A stretch of DNA of 64,000 bases from Corallochytrium limacisporum Hawaii (lineage: Eukaryota; Protista; Pluriformea): contig PDIP01000005.1 of assembly GCA_002811645.1 (NCBI GenBank), positions 73,198 to 137,197 of the forward strand. The letters run 5' to 3'. How positions within the stretch are numbered: the first letter of the stretch is position 1; each line of letters opens with the position of its first letter. Position numbers and translations under genes: made by a program. Shown here piece after piece: positions 44,001 to 54,400 of the stretch. Under the pieces are notes generated by a model that searched no databases, was not told the DNA's origin, and saw nothing but the letters and a program-made list of their open reading frames with translations.

Positions 44001-45626
44001 CGTCTGGGCTATAACAGGAAGATGGCAGCCGTGATGTTCTGCCTGCTGGACACGGAGCGTGACGGTGTCATCGAAGAGCCGGAATTCGAAGACATTTACT
44101 ATGTTTTTGGAATGAAGATCCAACCGTCGACCTACTCCTCTTGTCCATTATCCGACCGACCGAAGATGGTGCGATGGTGGGCAACTGGCAAGGTATGGTG
44201 GGGCACGTGCCTGCTCTTGGTTGCGTCTATGTTTACAGTCGCAGGTGAAATTCTCTACTGCATACCTATTGACGAGACTGGGCACAAGTCCGTTTGCTGG
44301 GGGTTGCGGTCAACGAACTACGTCATCTTCCTTGTGGGCACTGTGGAGGTCATTTTCAACGTCTTTATGATAATGTACGGTCGGGTGGCACCGGAACACA
44401 CTGCTGTGCCCACTTATTTCCAGGCCCTTGATGCATTCGCGGTCTTCATTCAGTGGCTTATGGTTGCCGTTCGCATGGCTGGAGGATTCCAGTACGCTCA
44501 CCATTACTTCCTAGCTATCATGGCCTTCCGAATGTACCGCGCGTTGAGCTTAATTCCAGCCTACCGGGGGGTCACTCAGAACGTTGTGCGCCTGATTGCA
44601 GCTTTCAGTCGCATTGCCATCCTGGTTGTAGTAATTTACTACTTCTTCACCATCATCGGCTTGCATCTTTTTGCAGATGTCATGAACGAGGAGACCAAAA
44701 AGCAAGTGGATGGCTGCTACGCGGACTCGAACTACTGGGTGCTCAACTTCAATTCTTTCCACTCCGCGGCTACCATGCTCTATTTCATCATGCTCCAGAA
44801 CGATTGGTACTGCTTCATGGACGCTTACGGCACGCTGACTTCGGAGTGGCACAAATGGTTCTTTATCATCTGGTATGTTGCATCCATCTGTCTGGTGCTG
44901 AACGTGATCATTGCCTTTATTATTGAGGGCTTCGAGTCCCACATCATGGGTACCACAACGAACTACACTCTTCGTCTCACCACTCGCACGGCCGCGAGCG
45001 GAGAAGAGTTCCACGAATTGGACTGGGAAGCCGAGCTGCAGGCCGAAGAGATGGAGCACACGTTCCCGCCGGCCTCTCCACGTCTCTCCTCTACTCTCCG
45101 CCGGACCTCAAGCCCCCATGGCGTGGGAGCGGTGGGCATCGGTGGATTGCCAGGCGTCACAGATCTTCGAGACCGCTCCCCACCGAAGAATGGTAGTCCT
45201 GGCCCCATCGACCTTTCAGGGGCGCAAGACATGCCCCCTCTACGCATGCCGAGTCCTCGTCGGACGCCGAACACGACGATCACTGGTGAAACGCCTCGCT
45301 TGCGCGCAACGGGACTTATCGCCGAGGGTCTGGATCGCCGAATGGCGGGCTCCATAACCAATCAGAACCTTCAACAGCACTTCAGCGATGGCAGCGACTA
45401 CGGGGGTGGTCTAGGCGGCACTGAAGGCGGCCTGATGCCAGGCCATTTCAGTGATGCTGAGTCGAGCTCTAGGGCAACAACACCGCGTCCGAGTGGCGAT
45501 ATTCCCATGGGCGGTGTGCCTGTGTACGTCAATCAAACCTACGATCGATTTATTGTATCCAAAGGCGACACCTTCGAACTGCACATGCATCAGCTGCTGC
45601 ACGGTGTGTCTCTGCGGAATCAGTAA
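41091..45626 (+). CDS. Two-pore channel (TPC) with a very long disordered N-terminus
   Basis: Two 6-TM repeats; pore loops VTLANTPGV and MLQNDW; linker EF-hand-like LDTERDGVIEEPEF; S6 LMNLILANVY and LNVIIAFIIEGF. Confidence 0.9.
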   Translation: MTERKHSYAGPSTSKGKEPSTASKDGLSLQVPTGDDSLGVPGGQRHSQPASVMRSKSLVVGDGSPPPTFERTPTEESSWNKAESSDPTIVAGRTVPRLKMQNRVGDPTQPPLGPQTAGARIAPGPPGQVPMSSAPRALRWSPYMVASSAEPVLKETVDPELLEFERKISDPANKRGESTASKLPPGGTSMLAQDRSQSLRGPMAYEAMRGTGSVTAGSGFNIGKKVAEIFNISQEVVRRESIIAKASKMEQLLQERQLQRSLSGVYKDEMQLRASLLPPGATGGAASHRSLGRTVSAVAPEDRRRSGLVPATGPARSRSVQPDAEDAATVTSAATGSSGKKSKSYEDLGKSEMYADPTAVKVIRTSLTLDPDEVEQQIKIEDTEQRMRESGDKDATSAVTAAADTAKPDTEVEVRETLSVPVTTATSFKEARDEAADGDVATDDQAHIVVPESPIPTPMRIKSHYPTEEEQRVMAERRHKTEPRVGKRVSSPSAHRKVSHMRNLSKGGLPSHGSTGFLRAVWGDLGPENGGDAIPTMPSTGSSSNLPKMKNTKSQLSQGWLSNGRTTNSLLGSGAGTPQGPASAEYDASSDSENDFGTDYLLPRAVKAAGAKFSNPVSSAGSMDEEDFTEELSETAPLLRRAEKQIAWRYTTAFHEAQQMDPDRVHLSFDEAILQATVLMGCAQDLARVDFRMDARSLEIVRTVKSVKMRFAGFCVLIISMALAVFEYPQKVSPTTRMVVITLQILCLLFYGFTLALRACTWPTMRPVFTLRYGPTVVVLIASLVDTGFAVWYPTYNMPVARSLRTFFWFYVDRDFRKYFGRLLFTIPSLLPIFSYMFSLILMFALMGMSIFQKEKEGKTQFPDLATSMESLLNAVTLANTPGVAVDALESSFLHFPFFFVFLTFGNLVLMNLILANVYTTYRALLADAARSDYAYFLTITNMVFRRLKCAAHSKGKEDIDFEIMQPFFERLGYNRKMAAVMFCLLDTERDGVIEEPEFEDIYYVFGMKIQPSTYSSCPLSDRPKMVRWWATGKVWWGTCLLLVASMFTVAGEILYCIPIDETGHKSVCWGLRSTNYVIFLVGTVEVIFNVFMIMYGRVAPEHTAVPTYFQALDAFAVFIQWLMVAVRMAGGFQYAHHYFLAIMAFRMYRALSLIPAYRGVTQNVVRLIAAFSRIAILVVVIYYFFTIIGLHLFADVMNEETKKQVDGCYADSNYWVLNFNSFHSAATMLYFIMLQNDWYCFMDAYGTLTSEWHKWFFIIWYVASICLVLNVIIAFIIEGFESHIMGTTTNYTLRLTTRTAASGEEFHELDWEAELQAEEMEHTFPPASPRLSSTLRRTSSPHGVGAVGIGGLPGVTDLRDRSPPKNGSPGPIDLSGAQDMPPLRMPSPRRTPNTTITGETPRLRATGLIAEGLDRRMAGSITNQNLQQHFSDGSDYGGGLGGTEGGLMPGHFSDAESSSRATTPRPSGDIPMGGVPVYVNQTYDRFIVSKGDTFELHMHQLLHGVSLRNQ

Positions 45627-45723
45627 TGGGGTAAAACCGACATTAAATCGAACACTACGAAAGTCTTCCTCTACCACATTGGGCGCATTGTCTTCATCCC
45701 TTGCTATCACCATGGCAAGAAGT

Positions 45724-46740
45724 CTATGCGTTGTCCGAAGTTTTGCTGTTGGGGAAAATGTCTTTCAATGACTTCTCTGCACTTCCCCTCGGTAACGGTT
45801 TCGGTTGGCTTGCGTCCTTCTTCCAACCGATGAACCAGATCAGCTCAAATGTCGCAGGTATGGTACCGTCTTCGTTTCCGTAGACACTGCGGTAGGTCGC
45901 GGCAGCGGCCATAAGCGTATCCCTCGACACGAAGTTAGCCCGTGTCAGGGCTGCGTTCGATTCCCCCATGCCTTTTATGTCCTCAATCAGGTTGAACATG
46001 CACGGATAGCCGACCTGGACGTTAATGGAATCAATAGTGAGAAGATTGTAGCCGACCCGCTGCAGCAGATTGCCCATGTCCCGCATGGAAATCATCGGGC
46101 TGACGCGCGGTGCAAATCCTCCCTTGCGCTCAATCTCTGCTACCTGTAAACTACACCGCAACTCGTAGAGAGTGTTTCCACCAAAGCATACACCAAGGAA
46201 CGGGGCGTCCGGCTTCAGTGCGCGGTTGACTTGAGCGAAGAGTCCGGGCAGATCATTGACCCAGTGCATGCTCAAACAGCTCATGATCGCATCCATGGAA
46301 TTCTCCTTCAATGGTACGTAATCTTCTGTGGCCTGCACTCTATATACATTTGGCCTTGTCTCACTTTCATCGTCATCATTGCTCTGTTGTTCACTGTTTA
46401 ATTCCCGTACCAATTGACCTTTGCTCAGTTCAAGATTGATAAGAGTGTTCACAACTTCCCGCGGTAATCGGCTCTGGAGAAATCCCTTCCCTGATCCAAG
46501 ATCAGCCACAGTATCGAAGGTTCGCTTAATGTCAAAGAGGCGCTCCACGATCTGATCCGCGGCCAGCTCACGGACGTAGTCAAATTTGCTGGCTTCCGGG
46601 TCGACAGCAGCACGGTCTCGTTGGATACGTTTAGCATCGCGGTCAAAGACATTTTGTTGGGCCTGCTGGGCGTAGGCACGGATTTCTGATCTTGCAAGCA
46701 CAGGTCCTGTCCTCCATGGGATAATAATATTGCGAAGCAT
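45724..46740 (-). CDS. NDUFAF5: Mitochondrial complex I assembly factor, arginine hydroxylase (SAM-methyltransferase fold)
   Basis: VFDRDAKRIQRDRAA, DLGSGKG, SMHWVNDLPG, TLYELRCSLQVAEIERKGG and KPLPRGSA. Confidence 0.95.
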   Translation of the reverse strand: MLRNIIIPWRTGPVLARSEIRAYAQQAQQNVFDRDAKRIQRDRAAVDPEASKFDYVRELAADQIVERLFDIKRTFDTVADLGSGKGFLQSRLPREVVNTLINLELSKGQLVRELNSEQQSNDDDESETRPNVYRVQATEDYVPLKENSMDAIMSCLSMHWVNDLPGLFAQVNRALKPDAPFLGVCFGGNTLYELRCSLQVAEIERKGGFAPRVSPMISMRDMGNLLQRVGYNLLTIDSINVQVGYPCMFNLIEDIKGMGESNAALTRANFVSRDTLMAAAATYRSVYGNEDGTIPATFELIWFIGWKKDASQPKPLPRGSAEKSLKDIFPNSKTSDNA

Positions 46741-47676
46741 GTTCTCGCTTCTCTATTTATGTCTGGATCTCTAACGTTTGTCCGCCTCGTACCGTACTCC
46801 TGGATTGTCGACTTTCGAACTGTTCATTCCAATACCCCGAACCGAGCGTGATCTAAAGCCTTCGTGTCTCTTTGCGAACAGTAAAACACTAGCTTACAAA
46901 CTTCTCAGTGACAGCTTCCAATGAAGTTGGCCTCATCGGCACAAACGACAAAGTACCTTTCTCGTCAACAATGGCATTCCAAGCTGCCAAGTGAACCCCC
47001 CAACCTCTGCAAAACTCCCGCCGGCCCCCCCCCCCCCTCCTTCCCTGCTTTCCGCAGCCATCCAACTGCGCACGGGACTCCCCTGCCCGTCAACGCTCGC
47101 CGACCGAGACCAGTGGCCCCCGGGACAATTTTTTTTTTGCTTTGAGTTTGAAAGCCAGTGGAAGCGGGGCCTTTCCTTCTTTGTGTGTGTGGGCCCCAAT
47201 TTATTCCCCGGGGGTATGGCATAGCAAACATATGGACGGCAGTTGCGGTGTCGTCTACCCTCTTCATCACATGGCAGTGGCACCCACCGCTAACAAACAC
47301 CGGCCTTTGGGATGGGACACGGGACACACGATTCGGAGCGAGACGCACGCACTCCTGTGCCCGCGGGGTCGAGGGTCAATCAGACGACCGTAGTTGGGCA
47401 GGTCGCGAACGATAGCGTGTGGAAATAGGCAACCTTACATCCCATAGGTAAACAACGACCAACTAACATGACGAGAATCTCCCCCAGAACAGGTATGTTA
47501 CAGAATTGAGATCGCAAGAAAGTAGTACCGTGGATTTCTTCACACACATGTAGACACACCCAGAGGATACGGTTTCCAGTGGTCGGCTATTCAATGAGTA
47601 TGAGAAGTAGTGATCCGTAGAACAGGCAGTCATACTGTAACATAGTGATAAGCACATCAATAAGAGAGAGAGAGAT

Positions 47677-48711
47677 ATGACCAACGGCGAGTTTATGGAC
47701 GTGCCCCGTGAGGCCAAACTGGTCATCTTCAGCAGTCCCACCGGCGAATACTTTGCAGAGAAATTGATTGCCAACATTCCTGAAGACATTGCCTACCGTG
47801 GCTGGATAGAACGCAAGAACTTCAGGGATGGAGAGCGGTACCTGCGCATTCCTCTGCGCACACGGAATGATCTGATTGGCAAAGATGTCGTGTACGTTTC
47901 TCCAACAAACCAAGACGACGACCTATTGGAATTGTATCGGGTCGGGTGCAAATTGGCCTCACTAGGTACCCGCCGGCGGATATTTGTGATACCTTTCTTG
48001 GGGTACTCCACCATGGAACGTGCCGTGAAACCGGGCGAGGTGGTTACCGCCAAGGAAAACTGCCGCCTGCTCAGTGCCATTCCCAACAATGGCGTCGGTA
48101 ATGTGTTCATTTTCATGGACTTGCATGTCCAGGGGTTACTAAATTACTTTGAAGGTCCCTGCAGCCGGATGGAACTGTATGCCGAGCCCGTCCTGCTGGA
48201 CGGAATTCGCACAATGGCGCTCAACAAAGGGGAGTTCATGTTTGCGTCTGCTGATTTAGGGCGACCGCTGTGGGTATCTTCCTTTGCAAAAAAATTCGAC
48301 ACAGAAATCGCATTTGTGCAGAAGGAGCGGAATTTTGAGATCACCAGGATGGGCTGTGTCATTGGCAAGGTCAAGGGCAAACATGTGGTAATTTACGATG
48401 ACATGACTCGCACCGGAGGTACACTGATTCAGGCGGCCGCTGCCTATCTTCACGCTGGAGCAACTAGTGTGCACGCAGTACTGAGTCATGCAGCCTTTGC
48501 AACACCAGAAGTCGTCGAAAAGCTGGAAAAGAGCGACATTGCCACGTTCATCACCACCAATACTCACCCAGCCACACAGTGGGAGAGCGTGAAGCGGAGC
48601 AAGAAGTTCGTGATCTTGGATGTTAGCAAGGTATACGCTGATGCTATTATTGGCACACAGGGTTGTCCCGGACTGTTACCTTCGTTGCTCGATCGTATGA
48701 GCTTTGGTTGA
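47677..48711 (+). CDS. Ribose-phosphate pyrophosphokinase (non-class-I-like)
   Basis: FRDGE, MDLH, SADLG and PRPP-binding loop VVIYDDMTRTGGTL; TTNTHP. Confidence 0.92.
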   Translation: MTNGEFMDVPREAKLVIFSSPTGEYFAEKLIANIPEDIAYRGWIERKNFRDGERYLRIPLRTRNDLIGKDVVYVSPTNQDDDLLELYRVGCKLASLGTRRRIFVIPFLGYSTMERAVKPGEVVTAKENCRLLSAIPNNGVGNVFIFMDLHVQGLLNYFEGPCSRMELYAEPVLLDGIRTMALNKGEFMFASADLGRPLWVSSFAKKFDTEIAFVQKERNFEITRMGCVIGKVKGKHVVIYDDMTRTGGTLIQAAAAYLHAGATSVHAVLSHAAFATPEVVEKLEKSDIATFITTNTHPATQWESVKRSKKFVILDVSKVYADAIIGTQGCPGLLPSLLDRMSFG

Positions 48712-48870
48712 TAAAGACTGAATAAAGTCGTGGTCAGGAGAAAACAATGAAACAATCTGAGAGCGTGGGCAGGGCACACGACTGTGTATCTGGAACAACC
48801 CATGTGACGTCTAGTGAAGGGTGAACGTTATGAACTATGACCGATGGATTTAATAGCAGAAGACTTTTTT

Positions 48871-50082
48871 TCATATGGAATCGCGTGAGTCCTCCAGATT
48901 TTTCCCCCTGCTGCTGTTGGTGCTTGAAGATGACCGTCGTATGCACACATTGCTGCCGTTTTGTGTCGGCCCGAGGTGATCATTCACGACACTGTTTCCG
49001 TCCTCTCTGACAGAGAGAGATGTTCGACGCTCCGCCTGCTCTCTTCGAATCCTCCTCTCTGCCTCCCGGAACTGCAGCGCGTGACCGGTGGCAAAATGGT
49101 AAATCATTGACGCAATCAGCGTCGCTGTCCGCTCTTCCTCAACATTCGGATTGAACTCACTCACGCTCACACAGCGTACTTTCAGACTGCGGCCAGCGAC
49201 AAGCATAATCTCTACAGCGTCCTCAGCGCTGAGACCGACATTCGAAATAACGCTCACCCCTGGTGCATCGGAAACTGCAATGCTCTGCATATTGAAGGCT
49301 ACGTATACGTAGTCGTGGCTTCGGTTGATCAGGGTCTGCACAATCTCTGCTGCAGATTCGTGTTTCGCCCTTGCGCGGATGTCCTTGAGCCAAGTGATTT
49401 CACTGCCATGGTGCTTGGCGTAGAGGGCATCGTTGGCACCGCACCGGATGCCCTGGGCCGCAAACATCTTCGGACTACAATTATGGACGTCTTTGTGTTC
49501 GAGAATCTGACGAATGACATTTCCCGAGGTGCTCTTCTCCTCGTGAATGACCTGGACCCCCAGTTCGCAGCCAATATTGATGATCGTCCAAGGGAGCCCT
49601 TCGGAACAATATAGCGACAAGGCCTGGCTGACTGGTACGGCCACATCATGACTACCACCAACCACCAGCGGAATTTGTCTTTTGCGGAAAAGTTTCTTGG
49701 CCCACTTGTAGATTTCCTTCTGACTTGCATCCAATCCGGCATCCCCCTTTGTGCACTCACCTAAGCTGATAAGATTGCCATTGATGTTTAGATCTACACC
49801 ATACTCTGGATTGTACGCGTACATAAACGCGGCCGGCAGATACTTACGTATAACAAATGGCGCCAACCGTACCCCGTGGATCAGTGACTGTCGCCTACTA
49901 GCCTTTTCGTTCGCATACCCGAGGACTACCACTGACCCTTCATTGCCCGTGCCCAGGGTAAAATGATCAGATGTGTCCGTCTTGCTCTTTACCGGGGCTG
50001 ACGAGATTCGTCGACTCGGTGAGATTGACTCCATGTCCTGGACGAGATCATCGTAGTAGTCGTCGTCGTCGTAGCCGCTCAT
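48871..50082 (-). CDS. Arginase/formimidoylglutamase-fold protein lacking metal ligands
   Basis: PLVVGGSHD, SIAVSDAPGVS and SEFNPNVEE match the fold. DAHxD is replaced by GCELG and DxD by NMQ. Confidence 0.8.
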   Translation of the reverse strand: MSGYDDDDYYDDLVQDMESISPSRRISSAPVKSKTDTSDHFTLGTGNEGSVVVLGYANEKASRRQSLIHGVRLAPFVIRKYLPAAFMYAYNPEYGVDLNINGNLISLGECTKGDAGLDASQKEIYKWAKKLFRKRQIPLVVGGSHDVAVPVSQALSLYCSEGLPWTIINIGCELGVQVIHEEKSTSGNVIRQILEHKDVHNCSPKMFAAQGIRCGANDALYAKHHGSEITWLKDIRARAKHESAAEIVQTLINRSHDYVYVAFNMQSIAVSDAPGVSVISNVGLSAEDAVEIMLVAGRSLKVRCVSVSEFNPNVEEERTATLIASMIYHFATGHALQFREAERRIRREQAERRTSLSVREDGNSVVNDHLGPTQNGSNVCIRRSSSSTNSSRGKNLEDSRDSI

Positions 50083-51447
50083 TGCTCTTTATTACGACCG
50101 TATGTAGGACTCAGCCAGTCTTTGTATTCTTTGAGTTATTTTGCCTTTTTAGTTGTACTTACACCTACGAATGATTTCTGCATCTACATTGTGCTTATGT
50201 TTCACTTCTACTGGATTCTACTCGATGACTGTTGAACTGGCTGGTGCGATCGCGTCAGTCCTCTCTCAACCCTTCAACCACAATCTCGTCATTAGTTCGC
50301 CCATTTCCCGCGGCTGAAATACCCGATATCCGATACCCAACAACCCAGGAACCACCTTTTATCAAAGTTCTATTTCCAAACCATAACACTGTCTTCACTG
50401 ATTCCACCGAACTCCAAAATGTGGCCGAGAACTTGCACGGTGAACAGCGACGACGACGATCCCACAGGAGCCTTCCACAACAGTCGCGCTTCATCTGCTC
50501 CGGCAGCTACCACCCAAACCCCCCCCGGCCAACCCTTGGCTTGGGAAGGGGGAAGAGCGGACAAAGCCCTTGTATTTTTACGGGCCAATTCTCTACCCCC
50601 ACTCTCTCCGTCCCAAAAAGCACAGAAAAAAATAAATGAATGATCATCACCAACGACCGCCCCGCCGCACCGCAGGGCAACACGCAATTAAAAAAAAAAG
50701 AGGAAAACGAGGAGAAGGAGGAATTTTCTTAAGGACTGCCCCCCCTCCCCCTACAGATCCGCTCCAACCTCACCCGCTGGCTCGTACTCAATGTTCCTGT
50801 GTTTTCCCTGCGGCAACCGACCCGGTCGCCGCAGAACACGGGGGGAGATCTGCCAATGGCGGGCCAGGGGGCGTCTCCCCGGGGTTGGTTGGTTGGGTTG
50901 GGGAGCACCCAAAAGAATAAAACTCGGGCCGGGGATGGGCACCTAAAATATTTTCATTGCCTTCCAATTTGTTCGCAAGTTGTCATTTTAGGCAATGTTG
51001 TGGCTATGGTATTATGAGATTGCTCTTCGGTGAGGACGTATCCACGACGCTCCGATCCTTTTTTGTTTCCTTTGGATTCCTTGAACTTATCCTGGCGATT
51101 TTTGCCTTTAAATTTTTGGGTTGGTGGCCGATTGTGTACAATTGCGCTGGCAGGAGAACCGCTGTTGTTTTTTTCTTCTTCTTCTTCTTCATGATTTTGG
51201 CCGGCCGCCTCGATACGAAATTCAACCGCTACTTTTTTTTTCATCTTTGCAAAGAAAATATTGCGGTACCCCTTGGGGACCCGCGCCGGGGGAGGGTTCC
51301 GTACTTAGGGACCCCCGTTGCTCAGCGCACCAGGGCCCCTCCCCCCCCCACCCGCACTTCTCCCCGCCCGGCGGGGTGGACGGGAGAGGGACGAGCGGGA
51401 GAGGAAGGGGGGGGGGGTGGGGGGGGTCGGACGAATGACGGGCCGGC

Positions 51448-51609
51448 NNNNNNNNNNNNNNNNNNNNNNNNNNNNNNNNNNNNNNNNNNNNNNNNNNNNN
51501 NNNNNNNNNNNNNNNNNNNNNNNNNNNNNNNNNNNNNNNNNNNNNNNNNNNNNNNNNNNNNNNNNNNNNNNNNNNNNNNNNNNNNNNNNNNNNNNNNNNN
51601 NNNNNNNNN
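51448..51609. other. Assembly gap (162 N) with duplicated flanks
   Basis: TCGGACGAATGACGGGCCGGC occurs immediately before the gap and again just after it. Confidence 0.97.
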
Positions 51610-53485
51610 GGGGGGGGGTGGGGTGGTTCGGACGAATGACGGGCCGGCATCGGCCGCAAATCGCGGGCCGCTTTTCGGAAAAAACCAAAAGAAAAAGAAG
51701 AGAAAAAAAAAACAGGGAAGAGAAAAAGGGGAAAAGTGCGAGGTGGTGGTTACGGGACCCCGGAAGGAGGGAAGAGAGAGGGGGGGGTTGGACCGGGAAC
51801 TGCCCCATTGATACAAAAGGGAAAACAAAGGGCCAACTGGGCCAGATAACGGGAGCGAAGAAAGGGGGTTGGGGAAGGCGACGCAAAAAAAAGAAAAAAG
51901 AGAAAAGAAAAAAAGAAGGAAAGAAACCTGTCCTTTCATTCTGTTGGGGGGGGTGTCCTTCACTCGCAAATTCGCCAAGTTTTTGCTGCTGTACGAATTT
52001 GTCGAGAACCGTTGGTTTCGTTTTTGTACTGGCTCATCGTGGTGGAGTCTCTCGTGAGTGGTCGAAATCTATTGAATTCTTTCTAAGCAGGCGGGGCAAG
52101 TGAAACAAGCAACCAAGCAGCAGGAGCAGGAAATTCCAAGACAACAACCACATTGTCGCCATCCCACACTGAAGCAGTACCTGAGGAAACCCTCCTTTGC
52201 GTGTCAGCCAGCTCCCGGGCCCCTCGCCCACACACACACACAGAGCCTTTACATCACTGGCCATCGTCACTCGAACCCCAGATCACCCTTTCCCTTGGTA
52301 TCTATCAACATCGTCACTGGTAAAAGGCTTAGGGATCGCTGTTTGGATCACGGACAGGTCAACCAAGGAGACATCAACATCCACTGCTTCATCAACTTGG
52401 TTACTAGTCCCGCAAATGCCGCGAAGTTCGGCATGGTCAGTGAATTTTGGTACGCAGATAAGAAATAGATGATAATGTCACCTGAATATCATCATCAGAG
52501 TTGCCGATCGTGGTGGTACGTAGCAAAACCTTCCCTTCGTGGCTTTTATCTTTGGCTGCCTTTTGCGTTTTGGGGAGGGGGGACCCTGGGGGCACAGCCA
52601 GAGGGCATACGTTATTCACATGCCGGTTTATCCGACGAGGGGGGCCCAACGTTGGTCTCCCGGCTTTACTTCCCTTCCAACCCCTGTAAAATTTTTCGCC
52701 CCGGGGCCAACGAGAACAAAGTCGTGAGTGTGACCCAAGGAAAACAAAGACCCTTTTCTGAGACCGACCCACCCTCCCTCCGGGTGAGGCAAAAGAAGGG
52801 GGGGGGTGGGAAGAAAATAGACTCCCAATACACATATTTTCAAAAATAATCCGGATATTGTAATTTTCCCCTGCCCCGCACATTCCTCGGGGTCTGAACG
52901 TTTTCGTCGGGGTTTGTTTAGCTCTATAATGAATGTACTGAAAACGACCCAACTCCGGTGCGCAACAGGGGTCACTACAAAACCGAATCAGCGGACGTGA
53001 AGGACCCACCGCCGGTGTATTTACTACTGAAAACAAGTGCGAAATATTCAGCAGGTTAAACCCAGAAAACGGAATCCGCGAGAAAATACTCTTTTGGTTC
53101 GGTTTTGGTGGTAAAGAGTAAAAAAGCGGTTTGGTGCCACGGCTCCGCCAGACCGCTGGTTTGTGGGGGAGGAGGAGAATCTGTGCGGGCTCACTCTAAC
53201 CCACCACCCACTTTTGTAAAACCGTTGCTTGAGCTCTTACACACGCAGTATCTTTCAACCCGCACACAGAGTCCCCTGACGTTCCTGGTGTCGGTTTGCT
53301 GGGGTGAGGTGTACGGTTCTCGGCCCTCGCAGTTGTGTGCACCGCGGACGCGACTATGTTTCACCGTGCTGGTAGTCAAAACCTGCTTTGTGGCGTACGA
53401 ATGAAGGGTGACTTCTCGGCTATGATCGTATGTTTGTAGTTCCTCCCTGTACTAGGACACAGAGGAAGAAACAGATAGCACCACA

Positions 53486-54247
53486 ATGTCAAAAGCTACT
53501 CCGGCCAAGGGTGGGAACACCAGCAAGAAGGATGACCAGCCCAAGAAGGGCATCCGAGAAGTTTCGGAAGATATGGCACGCGCCGTGTTTCTTACTCATA
53601 CGGGACGTCTATTCGGTTGGTTTGCGATCGGGTGTATGTATGGTCTGTCCCCAGGTCTGTGGATGGAGCGTGTCCAGGAGTGGGGCATCTCGGCCTACCA
53701 GGCGAATGCACTTTTCTCCTCTTTGCACTATTACGCCTTTTCTGTGCTGGTAGGCACCAGCACCGTGGCCTTCTTTGGTGGTATGTTGATGTCAAAGCCG
53801 AAGACGCTAAAGGATCTATACATGTACAACATTGCGGACGGAGCCAATATGTATATCATGAGCATTGCCGCCACTGCCTCAGCCCTCACCTATGCACAGT
53901 TCCTTCCAACGGAGACACAGCTGATCCACCATGATGAAACTATGACTCTGGCAGGTCTGACCCTGACACAGTTCCTGTGCTTCGGAGTGGCTGGCTTCTT
54001 CGCTCCGCACTACCGAAAGCACCGGTGTAAGCTGGCCGAACTGACCGAGCGCATCAGCACGGGCAAAATGGCCAACGGCCGGGCATACACCGCCGAGCAG
54101 ATCCAGAGCCTAAAGAACGATAAGGAACGGACAACCTACTCTCTAGTGACCTTTGGTGCGTTCTATTGGGTCCTCATTACTATCATCGGTTTGCTGACTG
54201 CTCGTCATTTCCAGATCTTGGGCGGAAAGATGAGCGACTGCATCTAA
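53486..54247 (+). CDS. Multi-pass membrane protein, possibly TMEM205/DUF4149-like
   Basis: 253-aa ATG ORF with 4-5 hydrophobic segments and a charged helix before the last TM. The family call is tentative. Confidence 0.6.
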   Translation: MSKATPAKGGNTSKKDDQPKKGIREVSEDMARAVFLTHTGRLFGWFAIGCMYGLSPGLWMERVQEWGISAYQANALFSSLHYYAFSVLVGTSTVAFFGGMLMSKPKTLKDLYMYNIADGANMYIMSIAATASALTYAQFLPTETQLIHHDETMTLAGLTLTQFLCFGVAGFFAPHYRKHRCKLAELTERISTGKMANGRAYTAEQIQSLKNDKERTTYSLVTFGAFYWVLITIIGLLTARHFQILGGKMSDCI

Positions 54248-54400
54248 AACATGCTCGGAATTGCTAAAACACTAATCCATGCAAGCAAAAGCGGTAATCG
54301 CGTAGCGTATAGCGGAACGAAGTTAAAAATATATTTATCCATCAAACCGTGCCATGTTGTGTGGACGTAGACCCCTATTTCAATCTTTTTTGCTATGTAC

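Noticed and set aside
51410-51648. Direct repeat flanking the gap as a target-site duplication or LTR
   Set aside because: Best explained as unmerged overlapping contig ends.
50957-52103. Long ORFs spanning the N gap
   Set aside because: Open only because of Ns and low-complexity sequence.
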